NCBI GenBank assembly: GCA_040376705.1
Contig: JBEIQE010000001.1
Coordinates: 246,809 to 310,808, forward strand
Reading direction: 5' to 3'
Origin: Micavibrio sp.
Lineage (GTDB): Bacteria > Pseudomonadota > Alphaproteobacteria > UBA2400
DNA: 64,000 bases
Position numbers and translations under genes: made by a program
The notes under the pieces: generated by a model
Seen by the model: the letters and a program-made list of their open reading frames with translations, nothing else
What the model was told of the DNA's origin: nothing
The model's database searches: none
In this document: positions 7,354 through 17,382 of the stretch, piece after piece
How positions within the stretch are numbered: position 1 is the first letter of the stretch
How the letters are laid out: every line of letters starts with the position of its first letter

Positions 7354-8448
7354 ATGAACCGTCTAGATGCCTATCTTATGCGTGCTTTGGTGCTCGCCCT
7401 GGTGTTCGTAACCTTCGCGGTTACGGCGGCTGTCTGGCTGACTCAATCACTGCGCTACGTCGATGTTGTGGTAGAAAACGGTGCCCCGCTGCACCTGTTC
7501 GTATGGCTGGCGCTGCTCACATTGCCCACTTTCCTCTCGATTATTCTGCCAGTTGCGCTGTTTGTCGCGGTGCTGTTCACCTACCATAAATTCATTCAGG
7601 ACTCGGAGATGGTCGCTATGCGCGCCTGCGGTATGGGGCCTCACGCTTTAGCTAAGCCTGCGCTGATGCTTGCCTTGGTCTGTACTGTACTTGGCTTCTT
7701 CATGAGCCTGTGGCTACAGCCCCTGGCCAGCCGTGAGCTGCTGAAGATGCAGTATTTCGTGCAATCGCAATTCTCTGCTGCGCTGCTTAAGGAAGGCACG
7801 TTTAACGACCTTGGCAACCGTATGACTGTCTATGTCGCGCGCCGTGAGCAGAACGCCGAGCTAACGGGCCTGCTCATTCACGATGGCCGCAATCCGGCCA
7901 AACCGGTCACCATTCGTGCCGTGCGTGGTCAGCTCGCCCAAGGGCCCAGCGGCCCGCAGGTGATTGTGTATGACGGTATCCAGCAGGAATATAACCGTGC
8001 CACCGGACGCTTATCAGAGCTGACGTTTGATAGCTATGCCGTCAGCCTTGATACGCTGGTGCCCACGTTGGCTGGCCGCACACCGCTGCCACGCGAGCTT
8101 GGCATATTTGACCTTATCCAGCAGTCGCGTACCGAAGCCGATGCAAACCGCCAGCGTCGCCTGACCTCGGAGCTGCATCAGCGCTTTACAGGCCCGTTGA
8201 TGTCGCTCGGTTTTGCCATGATCGCCACTTGCTGCCTGCTGTTTGGTGAGTTTAACCGCCGTGGCAATGCGCGCCGCGTGATTTCGGCAGTAGCTTTGGC
8301 CGCTTTGCTGCAGGCTGTTGTGCTGGGCATGGGGCAGATGGCAACGCGTAACAGCTGGGCTATTACGCCGCTTTATTTTGCAGCCTTACTGCCAATTATA
8401 TTAGGCGTTGAGCTGCTGTGGCGTTCCGAGCGCAGGAGGTGGGTATGA
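7354..8448 (+). CDS. lptF: LPS export ABC transporter permease LptF
   Basis: YjgP/YjgQ permease pattern (DSEMVAMRACGMG, ELHQRF); divergent from pepA; first of a tandem pair. Confidence 0.9.
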   Translation: MNRLDAYLMRALVLALVFVTFAVTAAVWLTQSLRYVDVVVENGAPLHLFVWLALLTLPTFLSIILPVALFVAVLFTYHKFIQDSEMVAMRACGMGPHALAKPALMLALVCTVLGFFMSLWLQPLASRELLKMQYFVQSQFSAALLKEGTFNDLGNRMTVYVARREQNAELTGLLIHDGRNPAKPVTIRAVRGQLAQGPSGPQVIVYDGIQQEYNRATGRLSELTFDSYAVSLDTLVPTLAGRTPLPRELGIFDLIQQSRTEADANRQRRLTSELHQRFTGPLMSLGFAMIATCCLLFGEFNRRGNARRVISAVALAALLQAVVLGMGQMATRNSWAITPLYFAALLPIILGVELLWRSERRRWV

Positions 8449-9539
8449 AAATTCCCATGACGCTATCGCTCTATCTGTTCCGGCAGTTTTTGATTTTCTT
8501 TGTCGTTATCATGGCTGGTTTGCTGTCGATTGTCTTTATCGGTGAAGCACTTGAGCTGCTGCGCCGTTCGTCTGCGCACCCCGATATCAGCTTTGGCCTG
8601 ATCATGAGCATGGCCGCGTTCAAGCTGCCGGGCACAGGGCAGGTAATGCTGCCTTCGGTTATGCTGTTTGCGTCGCTTTATTTCTTCTGGCGGTTTACCA
8701 AATCGCGTGAGCTTGAGGTGGCGCGTGCCTCCGGCATGTCGGTGTGGAATTTTTTGGCGCCAGTCGCCTTCGCGGCGATGCTGCTGGGCGTGATCGAGGT
8801 CACTATCATCAACCCCATGAGCGCGGCGATGGTCGGTCGTTTTGAACGCATGGAAGACAAGCACTTTCGTGGCCGCCTGACCACGCTCGATATTTCGTCT
8901 GCCGGTATCTGGATCAGTCAGGCCGATGCGCAGGGGCAGGCGTTCATTCATGCCGAGGCGCTTAAGCCCGGCACGTTTGACCTGCTTAATGTGATTGTGT
9001 TTGAAAATCCGTCCGACCTGCCGCGCAGCATCCGTATTGATGCCGAATCGGCCCGCCTTGTGCCCGGGGCATGGGAGCTGACCAACGCTATCGTCCGCAA
9101 ACCCGGCGATGCCGCGCAGGAGAAGCCCCTGTTCAGGCTGCCAACCGAGCTTACCCAGTCGCGTATTGAAGATAGTTTCGCTTCCCCCAACTCGCTCTCC
9201 TTCTGGCAGCTCTCCGAGTTTATTCGCACGCTGCAGGCAGCTGGCCTCTCGAGTGTGCGGCATGAGCTGTATTTCCAGTCACTGCTGGCCAAGCCATTAC
9301 TCTTGGCAGCTATGGTGTTGTTGGCGGCTGTGTTTGGCTTGCGCTCATCGCGCCAGGGCGGGATTTTTGCCACCGTCGCCAGCGGGTTGATTTTGGGATT
9401 GCTGCTGTATGTTCTTAACGATGTTATTCATACTTTTGCACAATCTGGCGGCATGCCGGTGATTCTCGCAGCCTGGGGGCCTGCCTTGGTCGGGCTAACT
9501 GCCGGCGCTGCGGCGCTGTTCCACTTTGAAGATGGCTAA
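8445..9539 (+). CDS. lptG: LPS export ABC transporter permease LptG
   Basis: SRELEVARASGMSVW, LSFWQL, LAAWGP and C-terminal EDG. Confidence 0.9.
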   Translation: MKIPMTLSLYLFRQFLIFFVVIMAGLLSIVFIGEALELLRRSSAHPDISFGLIMSMAAFKLPGTGQVMLPSVMLFASLYFFWRFTKSRELEVARASGMSVWNFLAPVAFAAMLLGVIEVTIINPMSAAMVGRFERMEDKHFRGRLTTLDISSAGIWISQADAQGQAFIHAEALKPGTFDLLNVIVFENPSDLPRSIRIDAESARLVPGAWELTNAIVRKPGDAAQEKPLFRLPTELTQSRIEDSFASPNSLSFWQLSEFIRTLQAAGLSSVRHELYFQSLLAKPLLLAAMVLLAAVFGLRSSRQGGIFATVASGLILGLLLYVLNDVIHTFAQSGGMPVILAAWGPALVGLTAGAAALFHFEDG

Positions 9540-9563
9540 AATCGCGCTAGAGAGGTCATTACC

Positions 9564-10835
9564 ATGAAGAAACTGCTCCTGCTCCTTTGTCTCTTTGCCG
9601 TACCGGTTCATGCCGAGCCTAATGCTGGCCCCAGCCTTGGCATTGTCGCGACCGTGAATGATGACGCCATTACCAGCTCTGATCTTGAAGGCCGCATGCG
9701 CCTCATGATGCTTGGCTCGGGCATTCAGCCCACCCCCGAGATCTTGGCTAAGCTGCGTCAGCAGGTATTGCGTACTCTGGTAGATGAGCGCCTGCAAGCA
9801 CAGGAAGCCAAAGACCTCGGCATCACGGTTGAAGAGGCTGAGATCGATGAGCAGATCGCCAAGCTCGCGCAGCAGAATAATGTATCACCTGCAAATCTGC
9901 CGCAGTTCTTTGCCCGTGGCGGTGTTTCGATTGCCACCCTGCGTGAGCAGATGCGTGCCAATATTTCATGGACCAAGGTTATTCAGCGCAAACTGCGCCC
10001 GCGTGTTGATATTGGTGACGACGAGGTCGATGCCGAAATCGCCCGTATTCAGGCCAATGCCGGTAAACCTGAGTATCTGGTGGCGGATATCTTCCTGCCG
10101 GTAGATACCCCGCAGCAGGAAAGCTCGGTTGAGCAGTCGGCTAACAAGCTGATTGAGACGATGGCTAAGGGCGCACGCTTCTCAGGCATTGCCCGTCAGT
10201 TCTCGCAGTCTGCCAGTGCGGCTACCGGCGGTGACCTAGGCTGGCTGCAGCTTGGCCAGCTCGAGCCGCAGCTTGATGAAGCCATTCGCAAGATGAGCCC
10301 CGGCACGCTTTCGCCGCCCATTCGTACCGCGACCGGTTATCACATTCTTATGCTGCGTGATGTACGCGTTACGCAGGGCGGTAATACGCCAGACCCGACC
10401 AAAACTACCTTTAACCTGCGTCAGGTGCTTATTCCGCTTCCCCCGAGTGCCGATGAAGCCACTGTGTCAGCCGCCAGCCGCAGGCTTGAGCGTCTGCAGC
10501 CACAAGCCAAGAGCTGCAACGACATGGAGCGTATGGCTGCCGATATAGGCGATCCCAATCGCGGCCGTATTGGCGACATGAAATACGACCAGCTGCCGCC
10601 GGCTTTGCAGAGCATGATTTCGGCGTTGCCGGATAATACCGCCAGCCCAGCTCTGCGTAACGAGCGCGGTGCGTTATTCCTCATGGTGTGTTCACGTACT
10701 GCGCCGGAGGGAGCTGTCCTGAATATCGACCGCACGCTGGTGATGAACCGTATCGGTGCTCAGAAGCTTGAGTTGCTGGCACGCCGCTATCTGCGTGATT
10801 TACGCCAGAACGCGTTTATCGATATTCGCAGCTAA
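9564..10835 (+). CDS. surA: SurA-like periplasmic chaperone/PPIase
   Basis: Signal peptide, IVATVNDDAITSSDL, parvulin motifs FSGIARQFSQSASAATGGDLGW and GYHIL, YLRDLRQNAFIDIR. Confidence 0.92.
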   Translation: MKKLLLLLCLFAVPVHAEPNAGPSLGIVATVNDDAITSSDLEGRMRLMMLGSGIQPTPEILAKLRQQVLRTLVDERLQAQEAKDLGITVEEAEIDEQIAKLAQQNNVSPANLPQFFARGGVSIATLREQMRANISWTKVIQRKLRPRVDIGDDEVDAEIARIQANAGKPEYLVADIFLPVDTPQQESSVEQSANKLIETMAKGARFSGIARQFSQSASAATGGDLGWLQLGQLEPQLDEAIRKMSPGTLSPPIRTATGYHILMLRDVRVTQGGNTPDPTKTTFNLRQVLIPLPPSADEATVSAASRRLERLQPQAKSCNDMERMAADIGDPNRGRIGDMKYDQLPPALQSMISALPDNTASPALRNERGALFLMVCSRTAPEGAVLNIDRTLVMNRIGAQKLELLARRYLRDLRQNAFIDIRS

Positions 10836-10841
10836 TCTTAA

Positions 10842-11687
10842 GTGACCGACCACGCCACCGATCCTGTTGCTGACCTGCCGCCTCTGCGCGAGGTGATTTC
10901 TGCCTCGGGGCTTGATGCGCGTAAATCGCTCGGTCAGCACTTTTTGCTCGATCTCAATCTCACGTGCCGTATTGCCCGCCATGTTGATGGGCGAGAGCAG
11001 GGGACCATCATTGAAGTTGGCCCCGGCCCGGGTGGTCTTACCCGTGCTTTGTTGCTCGAGGGCGCAGGCAAGGTTGTAGCAGTTGAGCGGGATGACCGTG
11101 CAGTCGCCGCGCTCGAGCCATTGGTCAAGGCAGCTGCGGGCCGCTTGCAGGTCATTGGCGATGACGCCATGGTATTTGACTACGCAGCCCAGCCAGCCCC
11201 GCGCCGTATTGTCTCGAACCTGCCATATAACATCGGCACGCCGCTGCTGATCGGCTGGCTTGAGCACATGCATTTGTTTGAATCACTCACGCTTATGTTC
11301 CAGAAGGAAGTAGCACACCGTATTGTAGCCACACCCGGCAGCAAGGAATATGGCCGTCTCTCGGTCATGGCGCAGTGGTGCTGTAAAACCCGCAAGCTGT
11401 TTGATCTGCCAGCGCGCGCGTTTACGCCGCCGCCCAAGGTCGATTCATCTGTGGTGCAGCTGGTGCCGCATAAAGAAAAGCCGATTGGCGAATGGGCTGA
11501 TATGGAGAAGGTGGTTGCCGCCGCCTTTAACCAGCGCCGCAAGATGCTGCGTAGCGCACTTAAAAGCCTTGGCGATGCCGAGGGTATTCTGGCTCGTGCC
11601 GGTATTGACGGCACCCGCCGTGGCGAAGAACTGTCAGTTGCCGAGTTTGTGAAACTGACTCAGGCTTTTGTCAGAAAAGACGGATAA
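10842..11687 (+). CDS. rsmA: 16S rRNA m6,2A1518/1519 dimethyltransferase
   Basis: KSLGQHFLLD, EVGPGPGGLT, SNLPYNI, MFQKEVA, AFTPPPKVDS and FNQRRKMLR. Confidence 0.97.
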   Translation: MTDHATDPVADLPPLREVISASGLDARKSLGQHFLLDLNLTCRIARHVDGREQGTIIEVGPGPGGLTRALLLEGAGKVVAVERDDRAVAALEPLVKAAAGRLQVIGDDAMVFDYAAQPAPRRIVSNLPYNIGTPLLIGWLEHMHLFESLTLMFQKEVAHRIVATPGSKEYGRLSVMAQWCCKTRKLFDLPARAFTPPPKVDSSVVQLVPHKEKPIGEWADMEKVVAAAFNQRRKMLRSALKSLGDAEGILARAGIDGTRRGEELSVAEFVKLTQAFVRKDG

Positions 11688-12535
11688 GCCTTGAAGCTGA
11701 AGCTATGCTCCAGCTCCCATACCTTAATCGCATCGAGCGTCAGTTCTTTTTCAATTACCGAACGGGCGGTTTTACCGGCGGTGAAGGTCTCGTCATCCTG
11801 TGCCATCAGCTTGACCGCAATCAGGTGCTGATCGGCTTTAATCGCCTCAATTACCTTGTTATGGCCCTTAACTACAGCCCACAGGCGGCGTGCACAGCAA
11901 ATGCGCACTTCAGGCGAAGCCATATCCTCAGCCGAGGCAGGCAGCGGGAAGAGGTTGCGCGGTGCAGCCAGCATCTGGTGACCTGTGCCATTTCGCTTGA
12001 AACCATCGGCAATCGCATCGCCAACTTCGGCCGCACTAGCCCAGCTGGTATCAATCGCGAGGTCGTAATTGCGGTAATGGCCCTGTGAGGCATCGTAGGT
12101 TTTTAAAAAGCGCAGGCGTTCGCTGGTATGGCGGGCCTGCATCTGCTCAATCGCATCTTCCTGTGAGGCGAAATTTTCGCTCACGCGTTCTTGCTTGAAG
12201 GCACGCTGCGCTGCCACAGCAGGGGGGCATACGAGGAATACCTTGAAGGACGATGGCAAAAAGCGCCAGGCCAGACGGGAGTCGATAACAAAGCTCAGGC
12301 CCGATGTCTCAAGCGCTTTGGTGCGGCCATCAATCTCTTCGTCAATACTCGGGTCGGTATCGGCGCGGTGGTTCAGCTCAAGCGTGGTGATCCCCAGCTT
12401 GGCCGCCATCTCGCGCTGGAATGCGCCGGTCGAGAGATAGGGGATCCCGAGTTTTTCGACCAGATACTTGGCTGTGGTCGACTTGCCTGACCCCAGCTCG
12501 CCAGTCATGCTGATCTGTACTAGATTACTCGACAT
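11660..12535 (-). CDS. Cytidylate kinase-like P-loop kinase (archaeal/type-2 Cmk-like) with C-terminal extension
   Basis: GELGSGKST, STGAFQREMA...LELN...IDEEID, VIDSRLAW, KVFL...AAQR and YDLAIDTS. Confidence 0.75.
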   Translation of the reverse strand: MSSNLVQISMTGELGSGKSTTAKYLVEKLGIPYLSTGAFQREMAAKLGITTLELNHRADTDPSIDEEIDGRTKALETSGLSFVIDSRLAWRFLPSSFKVFLVCPPAVAAQRAFKQERVSENFASQEDAIEQMQARHTSERLRFLKTYDASQGHYRNYDLAIDTSWASAAEVGDAIADGFKRNGTGHQMLAAPRNLFPLPASAEDMASPEVRICCARRLWAVVKGHNKVIEAIKADQHLIAVKLMAQDDETFTAGKTARSVIEKELTLDAIKVWELEHSFSFKAYPSFLTKA

Positions 12536-13400
12536 TCTGCACCTGTTCCCTGAACTGTTCGATAATCACCTTCAGCTCGACACCGATATTGGTGAGCGCA
12601 AGGGTGGTAGATTTTGAGCACAGCGTATTGGCTTCGCGGTTCAGCTCCTGACACATGAAGTCGAGTTTGCGGCCAATAGCGCCCCCTTCGTTCAGTAGCG
12701 CGCGCACAGCGCTTACATGACCGAGCAGGCGGTTAATTTCTTCAGTAATATCAGCTTTGCTGGCGAGTAAGGCGGCTTCCTGCGCCATACGGTCTTCAGA
12801 GAGGCTCTGTTTTGTCAGTTCCTTGAGTTGCTCAAGCAGCTTATCGCGCAGCGCATGCGGGGCTTTGGCGGCTTCGGCCTTGGCATCGCCAGTCAGCTTT
12901 TCAATTTGCGCAAGATGCTCGACCAGCACCGCTTTCAGATGGCTACCTTCAATCAGGCGGGTGCTGAGCAGCTTTTCGAGTGCCGTGATCATGGCTTTAT
13001 CAACAGCAGCCAGCAGCTCGGGCGAGGCCTCAAGTGTGCTTTCATCGGTCTCGATTACGCCGCGCACTGCCAGCAGGTGTTCCAGCTTGATGCTCTCGCT
13101 GCTCAGCTCTTTGGCGACCTTCAACACATCATCAAGGAGGGCGCGGTTAAGGCGCGCGCCTTTGGCACCGCCAGCTGCCTGCAGGTGCAGGCCTAGGGTG
13201 AGTGAGCCGCGTTTGATCTTTTGGGCGATCAAGCTGCGAGCGGCAGCCTCTGTCGCATCAAAACCAGAGGGCAGGCGGCAGCGCAGGTCAAAGCCCTTGC
13301 TGTTTACGCTCTTGATCTCAAGTCGCCAGTTCAGGTTACCGGTCTGGCCCTCGGTCTGGGCATAGCCCGTCATGCTCATTACGGCGTGGTGCGTTGTCAT
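12525..13400 (-). CDS. yicC: YicC/YloC family endoribonuclease
   Basis: SMTGYA, EIKSVNSKGFD, DITEEINRL, GRKLDFMCQELNREANTLCSK and EQFREQVQNVE. Confidence 0.93.
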   Translation of the reverse strand: MTTHHAVMSMTGYAQTEGQTGNLNWRLEIKSVNSKGFDLRCRLPSGFDATEAAARSLIAQKIKRGSLTLGLHLQAAGGAKGARLNRALLDDVLKVAKELSSESIKLEHLLAVRGVIETDESTLEASPELLAAVDKAMITALEKLLSTRLIEGSHLKAVLVEHLAQIEKLTGDAKAEAAKAPHALRDKLLEQLKELTKQSLSEDRMAQEAALLASKADITEEINRLLGHVSAVRALLNEGGAIGRKLDFMCQELNREANTLCSKSTTLALTNIGVELKVIIEQFREQVQNVE

Positions 13401-13421
13401 CCTTATGGTATAGCGGGGGGT

Positions 13422-14168
13422 ATGAGACTTGTCATCACCGGAGCCTCAAGTGGTCTTGGGGCGGCTTTGGCTGTGGCCTATGCGGCCCATGGCAATACGC
13501 TAGCCCTTACGGGGCGGGATGCTGCGCGGCTTGAAGCCGTAGCCAGCCGGTGCCGTGCTTTGGGGGCTGAGGTTATAACAGCCGTGCTCGATGTTACTCA
13601 AAAAGAGGCACTGGCCAGCTGGCTACAGGGGCTGGGGCCAGTCGATATGATCATCGCAAACGCAGGCATTTCGGCCGGCACCGGCGGAGATGGCGAGAGC
13701 GAGGCGCAGGCCCGCCGGATTTTTGCCACAAACCTCGATGGCGTGCTCAACACCATCTACCCGATTTTGGACGGCATGAAGACCAGGCGCAGCGGCCATA
13801 TCGTGCTTATGTCATCCCTCGCGGGCTTTAGGGGCATGCCCGGCGCGCCAGCCTATAGCGCCAGCAAGGGCGCGGTGCGGATGCTGGGCGAGGCCTTGCG
13901 GCCCGAGCTGGCCCTAGTGGGTGTGGCGGTAACTGTGGTTTGCCCCGGCTTTGTACGCACGCCGATGACCGCGGTTAATAACTTCCCGATGCCGTTTTTA
14001 ATGTCGCCCGAGGCTGCCGCCCAGCTGATTAAGCGTAAATTGGCAAGTAAACCTGCGCAAATTGCCTTCCCGCTGCCGCTTTATCTCATGACCCAGCTGA
14101 TTGCCTATCTGCCAGTCGGGCTGGGTAGCTGGATTCTGGCCAGAGCCCCTAAAAAACCGAGCCAATAG
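13422..14168 (+). CDS. SDR family NAD(P)-dependent oxidoreductase
   Basis: TGASSGLG, ANAG, YSASK and PGFVRTPMT; ATG at 13422. Confidence 0.93.
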   Translation: MRLVITGASSGLGAALAVAYAAHGNTLALTGRDAARLEAVASRCRALGAEVITAVLDVTQKEALASWLQGLGPVDMIIANAGISAGTGGDGESEAQARRIFATNLDGVLNTIYPILDGMKTRRSGHIVLMSSLAGFRGMPGAPAYSASKGAVRMLGEALRPELALVGVAVTVVCPGFVRTPMTAVNNFPMPFLMSPEAAAQLIKRKLASKPAQIAFPLPLYLMTQLIAYLPVGLGSWILARAPKKPSQ

Positions 14169-14206
14169 CCTTGTGGTAGCAGCAAGGCCTTTGCTAGCTT
14201 GGCTGC

Positions 14207-14869
14207 ATGCAGCAGCCCCAAGGCCTTATTCTCGATTTTGACGGCGTATTTTACAAGTTCAATCCGAACTCCAATCACGTCCTCAGCCATACTGCTGCAA
14301 CGGCTGCGCGTAACTGCGGTGTGCCTGATACGTACGAAGATTTACTCGCAGCTTTTCTTAGAGCGGGTGATCCGCATGCCTTCAGGCGGCAGTGGCAAAA
14401 GCAGCACAATGTTGACTGGCTAAAATACCATCACGCCTATCACGACGGTATCGACGTTGCTTCAATTAATTCGCAACAAGACGCGACTGCTGCATTTGCT
14501 GAGCTGGCAGCGCGCAAGCTGCCTATGCTCATTCTTACCCATGCCTCGCAGCCTTGGGTTAAGCGTGTTTTATCACATATCGGTTTGCATGCCTTTTTAC
14601 CCGATAGCCATATCATCGGCCTTGAGCATACAAATGGCCTGAAGAAAAGTGAATCCCATGAGCCGATCATGATGGCGGCAGCAATATTGGGTATAAACCC
14701 TGACAGGCTTGCTATGCTCGAAGATAGCCAGGGCAACCTTGTTCATGCACATGCGGTTGGCGTACAAACAGCTTTTCTCAACTATGGCAAGCCGTTAGAC
14801 CCTCAGCCAACGCATGTTCGCGTTCAGGCAGCCTCAGTTTCTAGTCTTGTCAAGGGCTTAGGCCTTTAG
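14207..14869 (+). CDS. HAD-superfamily hydrolase (pyrimidine 5'-nucleotidase-like)
   Basis: LDFDGVFY motif I, LTHAS motif II, KK, and LEDSQGNL motif IV. Confidence 0.8.
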   Translation: MQQPQGLILDFDGVFYKFNPNSNHVLSHTAATAARNCGVPDTYEDLLAAFLRAGDPHAFRRQWQKQHNVDWLKYHHAYHDGIDVASINSQQDATAAFAELAARKLPMLILTHASQPWVKRVLSHIGLHAFLPDSHIIGLEHTNGLKKSESHEPIMMAAAILGINPDRLAMLEDSQGNLVHAHAVGVQTAFLNYGKPLDPQPTHVRVQAASVSSLVKGLGL

Positions 14870-14933
14870 CACTTGCAATATTCCCGTCTTTCCGCTAAAA
14901 GCCCGCGTAAATCAACCGGAAGGACTTTAAATA

Positions 14934-15356
14934 ATGGCTCTCGAACGCACTTTCTCCATTCTCAAGCCCGATGCGACCAAGCGCAACCTGACTGGCGCCA
15001 TCAATGCCAAGATCGAGCAGGCTGGCCTGCGTATCGTTGGTCAGAAGCGTATCCAGATGAGCCTTGCTCAGGCACAGGCTTTCTACGGCGTACACAAAGA
15101 GCGTCCTTTCTTTAACGACCTCTGCTCGTTCATGGTTTCGGGCCCGGTTGTTGTTCAGGTTCTGGAAGGCGAAAACGCCGTTGCCAAGTACCGCGAAGTG
15201 ATGGGCGCTACCAATCCTGCGAATGCTGCCGAAGGCACCATCCGTAAGGAATTCGCTGAATCGATCGATGCCAACACCGTGCATGGTTCGGACAGCCTCG
15301 ACAACGCCAAGATCGAGATCGAGCAGTTCTTCAAGGCTGACGAAATCGTAGGTTAA
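14934..15356 (+). CDS. ndk: Nucleoside diphosphate kinase
   Basis: [16 protein letters not shown] and NTVHGSDS. Confidence 0.98.
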   Translation: MALERTFSILKPDATKRNLTGAINAKIEQAGLRIVGQKRIQMSLAQAQAFYGVHKERPFFNDLCSFMVSGPVVVQVLEGENAVAKYREVMGATNPANAAEGTIRKEFAESIDANTVHGSDSLDNAKIEIEQFFKADEIVG

Positions 15357-15383
15357 TCTGCGGCTAATCAAGCTGATCAAGTC

Positions 15384-15417
15384 AAAACGCCCTCGGCCAA
15401 AACCGGGGGCGTTTTTT
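15384..15417 (+). terminator. Intrinsic terminator after ndk (possibly bidirectional)
   Basis: AAAACGCCCTCGG-CCAAAA-CCGGGGGCGTTTTTT. Confidence 0.85.
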
Positions 15418-15437
15418 ATGTCTGAATTTCGTGAAGT

Positions 15438-16025
15438 TTAGTTGGCGTTTGCAGCAACGGCGGGGAGGGGCACACTCTTGGCGCCGCGCAGCATGGCTTC
15501 AAGCGCCAGTGCCTTGCCGATATTGGGGTCGAGTACACGGCGGGTTTGGGCCACCAAAAGCGCGCTGGCCTGTGCGCACAGGTAGGCGCGCTCAAGAATA
15601 TCAATCTGGTGCAAGGCAAACAGCTGCTCTACCTGCGGGCGGATGCGTGAGACAACTTCAAGCGGGTCAAGCACAACCTGATGTTCATCAGGGATATTTT
15701 CCGGCCAGCTTTCCTTGCTCACATCAATACCCTGGCTGAATAATGCATTGATGAAAACATCCGATACTGTGAGCTGGCCATCAGCCTCGAACAGTAACTG
15801 GTTTACAACATCGCTGATGATGATGGTGCCGGGCTCGAGCCCAGAGTAATCATAGCCCGAGCTGCGCAGTACAAACTCACCAGTCATAACCGCTGCCGAA
15901 GAAATGGCTGTTTCGGCATGCACGCCACGGTCATTCTGTAACGAGGCAATAACGAACGAGACAATCTGCTCCGGCAGGCTGTTGCCTTCGGGCTGTTCGT
16001 TCTGTGGGCCGGTCAGGTTTGTCAC
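15438..16025 (-). CDS. Hypothetical protein (acidic, about 195 aa)
   Basis: GTG start 1 nt after the upstream small-gene stop; motifs RGVHAETAIS and GAKSVP; the longer ORF-track start overlaps the CoxIV-like gene. Confidence 0.7.
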   Translation of the reverse strand: MTNLTGPQNEQPEGNSLPEQIVSFVIASLQNDRGVHAETAISSAAVMTGEFVLRSSGYDYSGLEPGTIIISDVVNQLLFEADGQLTVSDVFINALFSQGIDVSKESWPENIPDEHQVVLDPLEVVSRIRPQVEQLFALHQIDILERAYLCAQASALLVAQTRRVLDPNIGKALALEAMLRGAKSVPLPAVAANAN

Positions 16026-16026
16026 G

Positions 16027-16173
16027 TCAGACCAGCGTCGCAGCCATAACTGCAAGCAGAACGACGATGGCAACAATGCCCCATGCAGAAAGCTTGGTAA
16101 AAGCAGCCCAGCCAGCATAGTGGGTGGTTGCGGTTTCGATGGCATCTTCAGGGTAGGAGGGGGGTGTGCTCAT
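16027..16173 (-). CDS. aa3-type cytochrome c oxidase subunit IV-like small membrane protein (48 aa)
   Basis: MSTPPSYPEDAIETATTHYAGWAAFTKLSAWGIVAIVVLLAVMAATLV; single C-terminal TM helix; upstream AGGTGAG RBS. Below the ORF-track cutoff. Confidence 0.7.
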   Translation of the reverse strand: MSTPPSYPEDAIETATTHYAGWAAFTKLSAWGIVAIVVLLAVMAATLV

Positions 16174-16272
16174 GATCTCACCTGTGGATAACTTTGCGTT
16201 GTCTAAGGATATGCCCTAGATACGAGACGAATTCAAGTTTACCTTAAGGGCCTAATCGAGGAGTACAAGAAT

Positions 16273-17382
16273 ATGAGTGCAGCCAAGCCGCTATTGAGCC
16301 GAACAGCCATATTCTGGCTGGGGGTAGGTGTGCTGTTTGTGGCACTAATATCGCTGCTGAGCGATGCCTTGCTGCCCTTCCTGATAGGTATTGCCATTGC
16401 CTATCTGCTGAACCCCATTTGCGAAATGCTGCATCGCCGCGGATTTAACCGTACGGCAGCTACTACCATCATCCTGCTTATCTTTGTCTTGATGGCCTGT
16501 TTGCTCATCCTCTTCATTACGCCAATTATCGCCGATCAAGTACGGCAGCTGGCGCAGGCAACGCCGGGATATGTTGAATCCATTCGCGCATATATCGAGC
16601 CCCGCCTGCAGGAATTCATGTCCACACTTACCGAAGAGCAAAGCCAGAAAATCCGCGAAGCTGCACAACGCTATGCCGGGAATATGGCGGGTGCCTTAGG
16701 CACGGCAGCCGAGGGCTTCTGGCGTGGCTCGCAGGCCATCATCAGTTTCTTCTCTCTGCTCATTATTACGCCTATCGTTGCGTTCTATCTGCTGCGCGAC
16801 TGGCATGAGCTGGTCAACCGTATCGATAGCTGGTTGCCGCGTGCCCATGTGGCAACCATCCGTGAGCAGGTGCGTGAAGTTGACCGTACCCTCTCAGGCT
16901 TTGTGCGTGGGCAGGCTATGGTCTGCTTCCTCTTGGGCTCTTATTACTCCATCGCCCTCAGCATTGTGGGCGTGAACTACGGGTTTATTGTAGGGGTTAT
17001 TGCGGGCCTGCTCAGCTTCATCCCGTTCGTCGGTTCTACGTTTGGCCTTGTCGTGGCGACGGCTTTAGCGCTTGTGCAGTTCGATAGTTATACGCCAGCC
17101 GCTATTGTTATCGGCATTTTCATGGTTGCGCAGTTCCTTGAAGGTAATGTGATTGCCCCCAAGTTTATTGGCGAGAGCGTGGGCCTGCATCCGGTGTGGA
17201 TTATCTTTGCGCTCGTGGCTGGTGGCAGTCTGCTTGGCTTTACCGGTATGTTGCTGGCGGTGCCGGTGGCGGCGGTTATTGGCGTGCTCACCCGTTTTGT
17301 GCTGGGCCGGTATATGGAAAGCTCGTACTACCGCAGCGCACCGCGCAAGGCGAATGTCGCTCGCAGGGTTCGTCCGCTGTGA
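16273..17382 (+). CDS. AI-2E family transporter (PerM-like)
   Basis: LLPF...AYLLNP, FYLLRDW, FIPFVG, QFLEGNVIAPK, GLHPVWIIFAL and LLAVPVAA. Confidence 0.93.
   Translation: MSAAKPLLSRTAIFWLGVGVLFVALISLLSDALLPFLIGIAIAYLLNPICEMLHRRGFNRTAATTIILLIFVLMACLLILFITPIIADQVRQLAQATPGYVESIRAYIEPRLQEFMSTLTEEQSQKIREAAQRYAGNMAGALGTAAEGFWRGSQAIISFFSLLIITPIVAFYLLRDWHELVNRIDSWLPRAHVATIREQVREVDRTLSGFVRGQAMVCFLLGSYYSIALSIVGVNYGFIVGVIAGLLSFIPFVGSTFGLVVATALALVQFDSYTPAAIVIGIFMVAQFLEGNVIAPKFIGESVGLHPVWIIFALVAGGSLLGFTGMLLAVPVAAVIGVLTRFVLGRYMESSYYRSAPRKANVARRVRPL

Noticed and set aside
14895-15380. 161-aa ORF antisense to ndk (similarly 21530..22438 against aspS and 54714..55622 against rne)
   Set aside because: Typical antisense open frames produced by biased codon usage in highly expressed GC-rich genes.
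16026-16145. N-terminal extension of ORF 15438..16145
   Set aside because: Overlaps the CoxIV-like small gene in another frame.
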